NCBI GenBank assembly: GCA_905331485.1
Contig: CAJNYT010000219.1
Span: 1 to 49,272 of the forward strand
Source: Rotaria socialis
Lineage: Eukaryota
Direction of reading: 5' to 3'
Length of the DNA stretch: 49,272 nucleotides
The position numbers and the translations under genes are program-made. Below, piece by piece: positions 11,543 through 23,162 of the stretch. Position 1 is the stretch's first letter, and every line of letters begins with the position of its first letter. The notes beneath the pieces were generated by a model. That model did no database searches. It saw nothing but the letters and a program-made list of their open reading frames with translations, and was not told where the DNA came from.

Positions 11543-12551
11543 TTAGAGATCTGAGCTACGTAAACTCCAGAGTTTAATTATCCATTTGTTTGCGATTTCA
11601 TCAAAGTGGCACGATGTTACCTTAGCAGGAAAACCATCGAAAATCAAAAGTTCTTGTTCATCCGGATAATTTGAATATGGGGACATATCCAGAGAGCCGG
11701 TATCTTTTTCGAGGTCAATGACAAAAAGAAAGTTGCTGCCAAAGAATTCGGCCACGTTCGGATTAAGAGTAGTTGAGGTAAACGCCGGTAATTGGATTTT
11801 TCTTTCAGAGACAACGCATAGTCGAAATTGTTCAATTTGTTCGTTAGTCATCGTTGCTCCTCGATATACTATCATATTAGTGGGAGTAAAATTCATAGCT
11901 GAATTCAATAGTACAGCAAATGGGCCGTTTGGCCATCCATTCACCTTCTCGTTGCTTCCCCACCTTTTTCGCTTCGATTATAAATCCTTCCGCTGCCTTT
12001 TCTATCCACATCTCAAGTACTGACTGACAAGTGATACCTTTCTCCCAACCAACGCCGTAATGAGAACAAGCTTCTTGAACAAAATCAGGAGTTGTTGGTT
12101 CAATTTGCCAGTTTATGAAACTGTTCGAAGGCAAAACTGAATCTTCCAAGAAACGTTCCGCTCTTACTCGTTTCTCTCGTTCATCCTTGTTACGATCAAC
12201 TATACGTTTCACTGGCCGTTGTTTCTTTTCGTCATTATTAGAGATTTGCATAGAACGTGCAAAAACGATATGATAGTCGTCGAGAAGAGCTTCTGGTAAG
12301 CCTTGTTGGAATGCTTCTTCGATGATTTCAGTTTCTACATCGGTGTATTTTCGCCATTCAGCAGGTTCTGCAAAACAGAAAGGAAGCGCATTAGATTGCC
12401 ACAGCCACTCTATATACTGCTTGGCAATCAATGCAGTAGTAGTCATATACGCAACGACCAAACGGTAGCAGTAAAGATTAGATGTGATAGTAAAAAGAAA
12501 GAAAATGAAAGATATATTTCGTTTCATTATTGACTCTTTTTGTTGTTCCAT
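11543..12551 (-). CDS. Secreted R-S-E clade mono-ADP-ribosyltransferase (arginine-specific type), two exons (12551..~11945 and ~11898..11543), ~320 aa
   Basis: The 224-aa ORF has a signal-peptide-like N-terminus (MKRNISFIFFLFTITSNLYC) and the helical N-domain. The 133-aa ORF carries the catalytic triad: 'VYRG' (R), 'FTSTT' (S-T-T) and 'DEQELLIFDG' ([Q/E]-x-E). The two ORFs overlap in different frames. A 46-nt segment with a GTGAAT donor and a TTCAG acceptor removes the overlap and joins the frames exactly (...KQRE-A-MNFTPTNMIVYRG...). The second ORF's 'M' is GTG, which is consistent with it being internal to an exon. Confidence 0.75.
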
Positions 12552-12797
12552 TCTGTGGCTGGAAGAAAGAAAAAAAAGAAAGGAAATGAAAGGAAATGAA
12601 AGGAAAGAAAAGAAGGAGACAATGTTGGTTAACTTCTGTTATGACACGTCTATAAGCTGTGTCATAAGATGAAAGGTATCACCCAAATATCTTGAGGATG
12701 TGTATAGTAAACAGAGACGTGCACAGGATATAATTTTTTCTCCTGCTCTTGCCTGTCCTGTTACCTACCTTGGTTCTGGTGGGCGGCAGGACAGGAG

Positions 12798-12867
12798 AGG
12801 GTGTGGGTGTGGGGTGTGTAGAGGTGGATGTGTGAGGTGATGCTTCTCTTCACTCACACTCACACCC
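12798..12867. repeat. Inverted telomeric-repeat module
   Basis: gggtgtgggtgtggggtgtgtagaggtggatgtgtgaggtg ... cactcacactcacaccc. Confidence 0.8.
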
Positions 12868-13387
12868 TAAAAATGGAAAGAAAACAAAAACGTATGACGA
12901 AAAAGCAGTAGGTCTCATTAAGTTTTGAGTCTCGATATATCTATAACAAAGGTTGAAGAGGAGCTGGCCATGCAATTTTGGCAGAGAAAAATTTGCTGTA
13001 TCAAACGAAATATTATTCAAAAAGGTTCTGATAGCTTACTACAAAAAACATAACTAAATACTAACTTAACCAATTTTCTATAAAAAAAAGTCGTTTTATT
13101 GAACTGTTGAGTGCGCATTGTTTTTTATTTTGCCATAACTGACGACCTGTAGATCCTTACATGTTGAGGGCGTATTCAATGCGTACTTCATAACATTTTA
13201 GCAGTGACCTAGAGTAAGCTAAATATTTGGATTTGTAGGTTTTTTTATCTTGCTCTTTCATTTCCTATCACAAAGTATAGCGTCTAAAATTTTTGGAAGT
13301 GCGATCCTGTGAAAAAAGATTCGATTTTCTCACGGAGCGTCTCTGAATTCACACTATTAAAATTCAGTATTTAGCGGGTGACTAAGG

Positions 13388-13510
13388 ATGTGGGGAGTGT
13401 GGTGTGGGTGTGGGTGGGTGTGGGTGTGAGTGTGTGTGAATCGCCAAACAAAACACCTATAGGGCACCCACACCAGCACCAACTCACGCCCATACACCAA
13501 CACCCACACC
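13388..13510. repeat. Inverted telomeric-repeat module (long and degenerate), abutting a TIR element
   Basis: G-strand 13388-13438 (gtgggtgtgggtgggtgtgggtgtgagtgtgtgtg), C-strand 13466-13510 (cacccacaccagcacc...cacccacacc). Confidence 0.8.
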
Positions 13511-13516
13511 AGAGAC

Positions 13517-14460
13517 CGTCACAGGGCAGGGCAAAAGTTTTTGCCCTGCGCCCTGATAATTTTTCCTATAAACTGATATACAGCATATTTTTCAGTAGAT
13601 TATGCTGACATGGTGATGGATTATAATGTATGTCATTATGCGCCAGTCACTGTGAAATTTGTTACTATGTCTAGTTCGGACAATACCAGTTTACTCATTT
13701 ATTATCATATAATTCAATTATAAAAATAAAATACTGCTTCTAAGAGAAATGCAAAACATGGTAGAATCATTTAATATTGTATAAGAGAACGAGCTAATTT
13801 AAGAATTATGTGTATGATGAGCTTTTTTTCTAAATGATTTCAGACATGAGCTTAGTATTCCAGAGGAAATTTCACTTGAAGATTCAACATGTTCTAATGG
13901 TAACTTTCTTCGCATGTTTTAGTTTTGTATGCTTAGTTCTCTATGTTTTAAATTATTTTCACTTGATATGAACTCGCCCGGTTTTACAAAATTAGAAGAT
14001 CTCTTATTTCATGATAAATCTTACCGCCCCATAATACACAATGAATCTCTTGCTACTGGTACATTTTGAAGAGTCTTTATTTACCCAGCACGATGAGTTG
14101 AGGAGAATACATGTGAAAGATTTACTTGATTTCTCACTTATTCAAATTATGTACATATTCAATCGCCAGATCACGATAAGCGCATTATTTTTGCAGTGAA
14201 CTGATTTTTGTGATAATCTTAATTGCTGTTTGCTACTCATACTTAATTATGTTTTCAGCGCATATCTATATTTTCTCGAATATAGATAAATAAAAATACG
14301 AGTACTTTACTTTTCAGCGGTTACAACATTTTCATTTAGTCTTTACCTTTTTCAATATTTCAGTTCAATTTATAATCACGCCCTGTCCTGCCCTGAGACA
14401 GGGCAGGATATAGCAGGGCGCAGGGCAGGACAGGGCAAAAAGTTGCCCTGTGACGATCTC
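13517..14460. mobile_element. TIR-bounded element (~940 bp) with GC-rich palindromic termini (CGTCACAGGGCA...GCCCTGCGCCCTG), flanked on both sides by telomeric repeats
   Basis: Left 'cgtcacagggcagggcaaaagtttttgccctgcgccctg' (13521-13559); the reverse complement of the right end (14395-14458) is 'cgtcacagggcaactttttgccctgtcctgccctgcgccctg'. No ORF. Confidence 0.6.
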
Positions 14461-14475
14461 TGATCCACACCCAGC

Positions 14476-14545
14476 TTTTGTTAAATTATTTATTAAATGC
14501 CAAGATTTATTTTTTCTGATCGATAGAATGGTATTTGTGTATTGA
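14476..14545. repeat. Dispersed ~70-bp repeat; second copy at 619-690
   Basis: 'gcttttgttaaattatttattaaatgccaagatttatttt(t)ctgatcgatagaatg' at both sites. At 14475 the homology starts exactly after a CACACCCA telomeric tract. Confidence 0.75.
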
Positions 14546-17500
14546 ATGAGAAGGGAAATGAAAATTTTTCACTTCTATAAAAACATAGTTGTAAAATATT
14601 TTAACAGTTAAAATAAATATTAAATTCGATTTTACTCATCAATTAATTGAAATTAATAGTTTAGAAAAATCTATTCTATTATGAGCAGAAATTATCAAAG
14701 GTTAAATGAATTTACATAGTACAGAACAAAAATATATGAATCGTTACTATTGCGATGTAATCGAACAAATGCTTCGAGTGCTAGAGGCATCATTATATAT
14801 TGAACTATGTAGAAGTTTATTAATAATAATCTATGAAACTCATTTAGTCTCGGAATATTATCTTCGTAGACATTGAAATTTTGTAAAAATACAATTTTAG
14901 TTTTAGTTTTCTATCATTTGAAATAGGAAATGACTTTTATTGTAATTAAGAAAGCAGTAAAATATCTTATCATCGAAGTCATCCATGATATCTAAGTGAA
15001 ATTATTAGAGATAATCAAGTTGATTTGTTCCGAATTTCATTTCAACACGTTTTGTATTCGTTTTCAATTGTATTTAATAACTGATAAACATGGTCAAGTA
15101 TTATTCAAATATGAATAATTCTGTTGTATTTAAACATAAAGATTTCGATTGAACATACGAAGAGAAACTTTCATTGCTAATGAAAAATATTGAATAATCA
15201 TTGAGACATTTGAACGACTTGTCTTCGCTTTTAAGAATGACGCCAAAATATAAACCTATTTTAATTAGTTCGACACACAGCTATTTAGTCACGCTCGATT
15301 AAATATATATAATTATTTACTTGTAAACAAATTATTTTTTAAAAAATAATTGTATATTTAAATGGCAAATATATTTACAAAAAAAAGTGTTGCTTGAAGT
15401 TCACTGTGATAATGGTTGTGGTTTACTTGTCAATGAAAATTGTCGAGAAAATCTTTTGTTTTTTTTCTTTATTGAATAATCTTTCTCTTCATTTTTGTTA
15501 ATTAGTCAATACATTTATTAAATTATATTCGAACTCATTATTATTTGTCATCATCAATAAAAAATGGATTTATGTTTAATAAATAGTGGAGAACCATTGC
15601 ATCTTTCATCATCTGATACAAAAATTATTTCATCAGGAAGATATTGTTTTCCGTCTCTTTTTCATTGAAGATCTGGATGCATGATATTCACCTCACACAT
15701 TCTACTCTTGTCTTAGTGCATGGGAAAAGACACATATATTTTTGTTGAACAGAAATCTTATTTTCAATCTTTTTTATTTGCTTAGTTTAACAGCTTTGGT
15801 GTGAATGAGAGATGAGCACAATATGCTCTCCCATCCACACGTTTGCCTTCGAGCTATTTTTAATTATTTGTCTCTAGAATAATGATAAAATTGTTAAACT
15901 TGAAAAAAAATCATTCATAAATATGAAATATCTAATAACTTATCAATATATATTCGAGTTTTATGATAGCACATCAATATGCGTATAAAATTCTCCATAG
16001 GTGCACACTTATCAATAAGGAAATGGATGATCTTAACCATTCTATCGTTTCTAGTACTATAATGGGCCACTTCTACAGTTCGATATATCAAAAATTAATA
16101 GATTACATCTACATTGAAAATATCTGGTAAATAGTTTCATCGGATTAATTCACCTATATATTTCTTTTTTTCTATAAGGAATCTTTTTGTTAACATAATT
16201 GATTATCAATGATCGGCTATCATTTAGACGATGTCCGTCAAGCATTGTATAAGTATACGTCTATTCTATTATCCGATAGACACATTATATCGACAATGAA
16301 TTCTTTATCAGGTATGAGTATGTGTAGCTCTTTGATAATATCATTTATTTGTATTATTCTTCTGTACAGAAGACTCCATGCAGCTGGTCGATTTACTTGA
16401 TGAGTTAATTTTAATTATCATGTACAAAGTGAAACCTAAAGTGTTATTGCTTTGTTCTACTATCACTATTGATAATAATCGTTTAGCAAAACTTGCACTT
16501 GATATGTATCATTCAATTGATTTAACTTTTAAGTATTTTCAATCACCATATCAATTTATTATTCCACGTTTTTACACACATTTTATGCCTTGTATCATTA
16601 ATAATATTCAACTTACACATTAGGTAAACTATGATTAACTATCGCTTTAGTTCATTTTCTACTTATAAAATAAGATAAATTCTTATTTTTTCAGAATTAA
16701 AAAAAAAGAACTCTACTTTAAATATAGAAGATTCAAGTGGCTTTTTAGGAACATTTAAGCAGAAAAGATGTGAGACTTTTTTAAGTATTCATTGCGATAA
16801 AAACTTTATGATCAAAATTGTGTTCCTTAAAAATCTTATATTTCGATCATAATACATTTAAAAAGAAGGAACCATTAGATGATATGCTAGTCTACTAGCC
16901 TCCTATCTCTGACCAGAATATGAGCTTTAAACATTATAATAACCTGGTTGATTCTTCTTCTCCTTAGATATTCCTAAAAAACAACTCGAATCTTCTGTAT
17001 TTCGAGTGGAAGTCGACAAAAACCTTTTCCAAAAAAATGGTTGAATACCGATGATTTTACCCTTCTGATAAAATCTATACTTAGGAAAACATTGATATTT
17101 GTATATATTATTAGGCAATAACCTTTACTGTGTTTCGCGGTGTTTTACTCTCTTCTCAAATATACCTCAATTTTCTGTACGTACTGGATAAGAGCAATAC
17201 TGCTCGCACTTGATCTAAATTCTTTTGTTCACTATCTGTGTCTTCTATTGTATCTTTCGAATTGGATGATGATTGTATTTTAAAAAATATATTTTAAAAT
17301 GGCGATGATTTAATTTTTCCTGAATCAATCCATCTGACTCTTATTCGAATAATATTATTTGAATTCGAACGTTGCATTTTTTTACTTAATCAATTGGGCT
17401 CATAATTATGTTCATTCGTTGTAAGTGTGTGGTGTTTGTTTCTGCATCAGATGTTGGTATTTTTTCTAAAATTAAATCAGTAAGCAATATTTAGTAATTG

Positions 17501-17899
17501 CAAATCTCATTTAATTAATTCATAAAGATTTCATGTCCTAATTTGAAACGATTGGCAATGAAAATTTGTTTCTTCCTGTTTTACAATGTTGATCAAATTT
17601 CGAATATTTAATATTATTATTAGCTATTGAATTCAAAAGAAATACACCCAAACGTTTTATTGATGGATTTGATTTGGATAAACACATTATTTTATGCATG
17701 CCTCATTTATGTCAATTTCATATTCGTTCAATATTACCAAATGCTGCTCATGTAGAAATCGAGAATGAACTTGAGCGACAAGAAAAAATAGAAACGACAA
17801 CAAATAATCTTGAATTTACTCATTTAACTACTCTGATTTTATTTGATATTCATTTGGATTATGCTGAACAATTACTTTGTCGAAGCCATTTTCCTTCTC

Positions 17900-18720
17900 T
17901 TATTGTGCAGCGGTAGGCTTTTCATTTAAGGAAATGTGCTCCAACCGCATTAGACCATCCATACGTATAGGCTTCTGTTTTTGTTTACTTTCAATACAAA
18001 CGCCATTAGCTACAGTACGAAATAGCTGCGTAATATCTTTATTTGGCTTTGCTATGTGTTTCAATAGATGTTTGGCGAATAATCCATTTCTATCAGTAGT
18101 ATCACCATCAGAGGCAATTTGATTTGGGCTACATGCAAAGACGACGTAGCTGCCATCCGGTACTTCCATTGCATGTAAACTAATACCTTCGAGCTTCGCT
18201 AAAACAACGATACGTGATACATCTTATACGGCACAATTTTGACTAGTTTTTGCTACCAACCGTTTCTTTGCCTTTTGTTTTTTGGATAGTGTACTCGACA
18301 ACAATCTAGTATAAATACCGTCACAAAGGATGGATTTTTTTGTCTTAATTGATGAAGAGTGCGTTCGGCACAAGTACAATAATCCTCAACATCTTCATCA
18401 GATTTAATTAAATCATCATCTACGTGAGCCAAATATGTTCTGCCATTAACGTGATAGCCATGGCCAGAAAAGTAGAACATAACCAAATCGCCGTCAACGA
18501 TTGTCTCAGCAAAAGCGGATATTGTAGAGGCCATTTGTGACTTTGTAAGATCACGTGCCGTTTTTACCTGAAATTTAATATTTCGTAGCACGTTACTAAG
18601 ATCATTAGCATCATTGATACAATGACGAAGTCTATCTTCAGATTGAATATAATTCTGGTTTCCGATAACTAATGCTATTTTACGGCGAGGCCTTGAGGCA
18701 GTAGAATTCAGAGTAGCCAT
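17900..18720 (-). CDS. Caspase-family (peptidase C14-like) protein: p20-like part (18253..18720) plus p10-like part (17900..18169), split by a short intron or frameshift
   Basis: 'KIALVIGNQNY...CINDANDL...FQV', 'FYFSGHGY' (catalytic His-Gly) and 'ILDCCR' (catalytic Cys, D-x-C-R type) sit in the first ORF. 'GSYVVFACSPNQIASDG...NGLFAKHL' in the second ORF is the typical small-subunit motif. The open frame upstream of the second ORF extends to '...RIVVLAKLEGISLHAMEV'. A candidate 62-nt intron (weak GTTGGT donor, TTGTTTTAG acceptor) would join the two parts. Confidence 0.6.
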
Positions 18721-18889
18721 GAGAATTATTTTTTTCTAAAAGAAAATAACTCAGTTAAATTACACGGCTGATAAGTATCGGACACTCAGGATACTTTAAT
18801 AAATAGACTGCAGATAGATTTTTGATGTATTTTAACTTTGTATCTGTGTGATACACTTACATATTGTATTGTTCTCTTAGAACGGTTCT

Positions 18890-19480
18890 CAATAGCATAT
18901 GAGCGCATGCGGTAAGTCTTTTTCCTGAAAAACTCTTCCACTCATTCTCTGCAAATGGCACTTGTACTTTTCCGCGGCACAATCAAACACATCATTTAGT
19001 ACGAGCAATGTCGTAATCAGTTTTCCTTCCCGTTTCGCCATATTTCAGTCCATGAGCATCGCGAAAAATAAAGTACGCTGAAGGATGGACTAGTAGACGT
19101 TTTGATTGTAAACGATCAGTATTATTCATGTATAGAAAACGATTTTAGAGAATATTAATTATGCTGAATATTTACTTATAAACAATCAAAAGCACAACGA
19201 AACCTTGTCAAACCGTTTTCTATACATGAATAATACTGATCGTTTACAATCAAAACGTATAATAGTCCATCCTTCAGCGTACTCTATTTTTCGCGATGCT
19301 CATCGACTGAAATATGGTGAAACTGGAAGGAAAACGGATTCCGACATTGAAACATGTAAATGGAATAATATGTTTTTGAACGCTGCTCGTGCTAAATGAT
19401 GCGTTTGATTGTGCCACTGAAAACTACAAGCGTCAATTGCAGAGAATGAGTCGAAGAGTTTTTCAGAAAAAAGGCTTACC
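18890..19480. repeat. ~590-bp foldback palindrome (arms ~255 bp, loop 19142-19212)
   Basis: 19041-19141 is the reverse complement of 19213-19312 with near-perfect identity. The outer arms still match ('agagaatgagtggaagagtttttcaggaaaaag' at 18925 versus 19441). The ORFs 19205..19399 and 19300..19482 are mirror-image artefacts. Confidence 0.8.
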
Positions 19481-20126
19481 ATATACGCTCATATGCTGCT
19501 GAGAAGCATGCAAAATACAAGGAGGCCTATTATTTTTGTCTGTCCATTATAAGAGTGATTTATAAGCAGCTACGTAAAGAACATGATATATTTTTTCACC
19601 TTAGGCAAATATTAGTTTTGGCTCATGACGCGAACTTTCGAAATGTTTTATTAATATTTCACAATACGTATTTTTGATGACGTCATTACTCTGAATAACA
19701 GATGAGATATGTTTTAATCACAGTCAAGTTATTAGAATTTTCAACGTTGTTTTAACAAAAAATACGTCTAAGTGATATAGGTAAAGTTAGCACCAAATTC
19801 GGTTATTTTTTGTCCGGATTAGCTCAAGAACGTGCGTTCGATGTAAAATTAAATTCTACGTCGAATTGCATTATTTTCAATAGTGGTCATCGAGCAAGAA
19901 AAGGGGCTCAGGATGAAATACTAGAGTTCGGGTGCACGATACCATAATCTTGATAGGCATTATTGAAGTTGGTCAAAAGATTTCAATCGCCACATAGGGT
20001 TGGACCGTTTGTTAGCTATAATATGTATAGAATGAAAGAAAGATATAAGGAATGAAAGAGGGATATATAGAGAGTGAAAGAGACAAGCAGTGTCACTGAT
20101 GTTATGTGACAGAACGAAGAAAAATA

Positions 20127-20198
20127 TGACCTTCATGGAGATCGAACCCATACCTTCTGCTATCCAGGCAGATGTCCTACCAGTTAGACTAGAAGAAC
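20127..20198 (-). tRNA. tRNA-like Pol III element (72 nt cloverleaf with A and B boxes); aberrant anticodon loop, so a tRNA pseudogene or SINE head is possible
   Basis: Minus strand: acceptor GTTCTTC/GAAGGTC (one mismatch), D-arm GTCT-AACTGGTA-GGAC, anticodon stem TCTGC/GCAGA with loop CTGGATA (anticodon GGA, but position 37 is T), T-arm ATGGG-TTCGATC-TCCAT, discriminator A, then a T5 terminator. Confidence 0.35.
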
Positions 20199-21252
20199 GT
20201 ATTAATCTTCGTTTAGCGTTATTGTGATCCGTCACTAACGCTATCACCGTTGATTTTAATTTGAGTTAATTAAGAGAGTTAATTAAGTGGTTTTACTTAA
20301 CACTTAATATTACATTAACGTAAACTGACACCCCTATAGCCACGTGACAGACGAGATCCTTCTTCATAGGAGAGCAAATCTAGCTGACAAGAAATTGAAT
20401 CAATAGCACACGAAATTAGCTTTATTCTCGACTCGAATGACTCGATCAACACTACTGTTTTAACGAGGAGCACCTTTTATGGCAAGACTATCATGATATT
20501 GTTTCAGAACAACAAATTTGGCCAGTAAGTGATACAAAAATTGAACTAACATGGCAGAAGTAGCTGTTCCCGTCTCTTGAATATAGGATGAGATGATAGC
20601 TACACTGTAAAAAAAAGAGGGTTTATGAAAGTGCAACGTGACACATACCCTTTTTTCCGTTTTTGAAATATCTGATAAACCCCTTTTCCAAATCATAAAC
20701 CTAAAAACTGTTTATTATCTTCGTCATATGCGGAAAAAAAGTTTATGACACGTTGCACTTTCATAAACCCCTTTTATTGGGTGCGGGTGTGTAAGAAACT
20801 ACCACGACGCTTTTCGACTGATGCTTAGTCAGTCTCATCAGGTGACTTAGTGTCTCTAGTTCGATTCAAAAAAATTTGAACAAAAAAATTCAAAATCAAT
20901 TCGAGAATATTATTCTGCTCTAATTCACGATGAAGTAGAATGGTAATATCTTGATGGTGTGGGTGTGTATTAAGTTTAGAAATTAACTACAACTAGTTTC
21001 GATTTTTCTGATGGGTCTTCATCAGATGGTTTAAGCGCTGTATAAGATATCAAATTGAAAGGAAAATTTCAAAAAAAAAATTCCTGGAACTTTTAATATC
21101 AAAGCAAAGAAGAGAATTCTCAACACTTAGTACAATGCTTGATCCAAAGATCATTGCAAAATACTTAGAAGAACTAAAAGTGTACGCGGAAGTGAAATTT
21201 TTAGCTAAAATAGACAAGCGAGTGTGAGAAGAATAATCATAGTAAATTTTGA

Positions 21253-21304
21253 GGATGTGGGTGTAAGCAATCTTTGTATTAACAATCCCACTCACACCCA
21301 CACT
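21253..21304. repeat. Inverted telomeric-repeat module; isolated G-tracts also lie at 20771-20790 and 20941-20958
   Basis: gatgtgggtgta ... cactcacacccacac. Confidence 0.6.
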
Positions 21305-21699
21305 TTACAGTATCTGAGCTTTGGATGAACCCATTTTCTGACTAATGGAAGATCGGATAGGAAAAATGACGGTGGATTCGGGTTCCTGGATCTCCATGAC
21401 CTATTGCAAATTTTGATAGTTTCGAAGAATCTGTTTCGCGTCTTGGTGTAAGCGTGTGTCTCTTCACGACATAGAGCATCTGTGAAACCCGTAAGAAACA
21501 TGAAGGAATACAAGCATAGTTTTTCATAAAAATTTAGCGTTAAATGCTGATGTGGTTTGTATTAGGTTTGATACAGGAGCATTGACTATGTACAGGAAAT
21601 GTAGAGATGGTGATCGGATCCTATTGAAAACTGATCGAAAACGATAGTAGGAAAGTATATTGATTCCGACTTTTGAATCCGTTGTCGGATTCTGTATAG

Positions 21700-22010
21700 A
21701 ATTGATCGAGCTGATGAGTTGTAGTCATTAGAAACAATCGATTGTTAATCAAACAATTCGATTGTAAAATATTTGGATTTCAATCGGTAGAGAAGATTTT
21801 AATCGATTGTAAAATTAAAATCAGTTTCAACTGCTGTAATTAGAAATAACCGATTGATAATCTATCAATTTGATTTTCCAAGATTGAAATTTCAATTGAT
21901 TGGGAAGATTTCAATCAATTGTTCGATTAAAATCAGAGTTTAAGGGGTAAAATCATCAATAATTGATAGAATAGATTAAAACTTGAATCAATTGCTGGAT
22001 TTTAGTCGGA
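21700..22010. repeat. Satellite-like low-complexity block built from CAATCGATTG / TTGATTGAAA-type units
   Basis: Repeated 'caatcgattg', 'aatcaattg', 'gattgaaat' and 'ttcaatcg' motifs over about 300 bp. Confidence 0.55.
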
Positions 22011-22256
22011 TTAATTATATTACAAAAAGAGGTAGTTTGGTTCGAGAAATCGGATTTGGTCAACCATAATTAAACATAATCACGATTTTATGAGGGATAT
22101 TTTTCACTGGAAAGTAATAACAAACAAACAAACAACAAATAAGTAAATACAATGATCGAAAAGAAAGAAAACATGAAAGAGTTACACATAACGACGATAA
22201 AGATAGATGCTGTAACTTGAAAAAGGTATAGACATATTCGTCAATTGATTAAAAGA

Positions 22257-22940
22257 TACCCTAGACAAACATCTTGTAAGCAAGATCTTGGTCAAGATAC
22301 AAGGTACAGATATGTTAACAGATCTTGGAAATTCAGGTACAAGATAACTGTATTATCTTGTACCCAAGATCTAATTACAGATCTTACATAAGAATTCATT
22401 AAATCTTGGATGCACACTAAAATAATACCTGCTGCATTCTTTTATATTTTTTCAATATATTTTCATTTTAATTATTCCTCTTCCGAATTCCAGCAAGTCA
22501 GATGTTGCGATCTGACTGGCTATAAATTGGTCTGATATCCGCCGGACCAATTAGGGAAGTCCTCTCTCGATCATCGATCGAGATCAGCATTCTCTCGAAT
22601 AATCGAGAAATAGTTGAGAAAAAAAATTTTGAAAATTTGTATTTTGTATGTTCAACCATGCTGTTTATATACAGCTGTGTATCCATTTTAAAACGGTGAA
22701 TGACTAGAGAGCATGTAAATACACTAATGATGTCGCTTTCTGTTTCGCTCAAGATCTTATCGGAAGATAATAGTACACGATATTTTTTCCATGATCTTGA
22801 CAAGTTCTTAAGTACAGATTTATCCGATACAACCAAGATATGTACATGCAAATTATCTTTTTAAGACCTTAATAAGATCTTACTTACCGATCCCAAGATT
22901 CCCAGATCTTGCTTACAAGATGTTCGACTAGGGTAGACCA
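22257..22940. mobile_element. TIR-bounded non-autonomous element (~680 bp) with ~35-bp terminal inverted repeats and multiple subterminal AAGATCT motifs
   Basis: Left end 'taccctagacaaacatcttgtaagcaagatcttgg'; the reverse complement of the right end is 'taccctagtcgaacatcttgtaagcaagatctgg'. The internal 117-aa ORF (22498..22851) has no recognisable domain. Confidence 0.65.
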
Positions 22941-23098
22941 TATGGCAATCTCGGAGTTGATCGTTTCTTCGTTCTAATAACAACTTCGTTCAGTATTATT
23001 TTTAAATTATTAGCATTCAGCAAGGACTTCTTATTGAATACTATAGTTCATTTTATCAGTCGCCTTAAACTTTTGGAAGTTTGACATTCATTCCGATT

Positions 23099-23162
23099 TG
23101 TGTGTGGGTGTGGGTATGGGCTGATCATGAGTCAGATAGGCACCTGCACCCACACCCACCCT
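23099..23162. repeat. Inverted telomeric-repeat module
   Basis: gtgtgtgggtgtgggtatggg - filler - cacccacacccaccc. Confidence 0.8.

Noticed and set aside
16209-16623. Possible F-box-like small gene ('LVDLLDELILIIMYKVKPKVLLL...')
   Set aside because: It shows only a weak leucine-rich pattern. The frame is split across two ORFs without a convincing splice. Evidence is insufficient to call it.
19205-19482. ORFs 19205..19399 (+) and 19300..19482 (-)
   Set aside because: They lie inside the 18890-19480 palindrome and are mirror-image reading frames created by the inverted duplication.
23099-23162. Searched telomeric-module fillers and 'gggac'-rich segments (25140-25590) for Penelope-type hammerhead ribozyme cores (CUGAUGA...GAAA)
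   Set aside because: 'ctgatcatgagtc' at 23121 is not a valid hammerhead core, and no other candidate was found.
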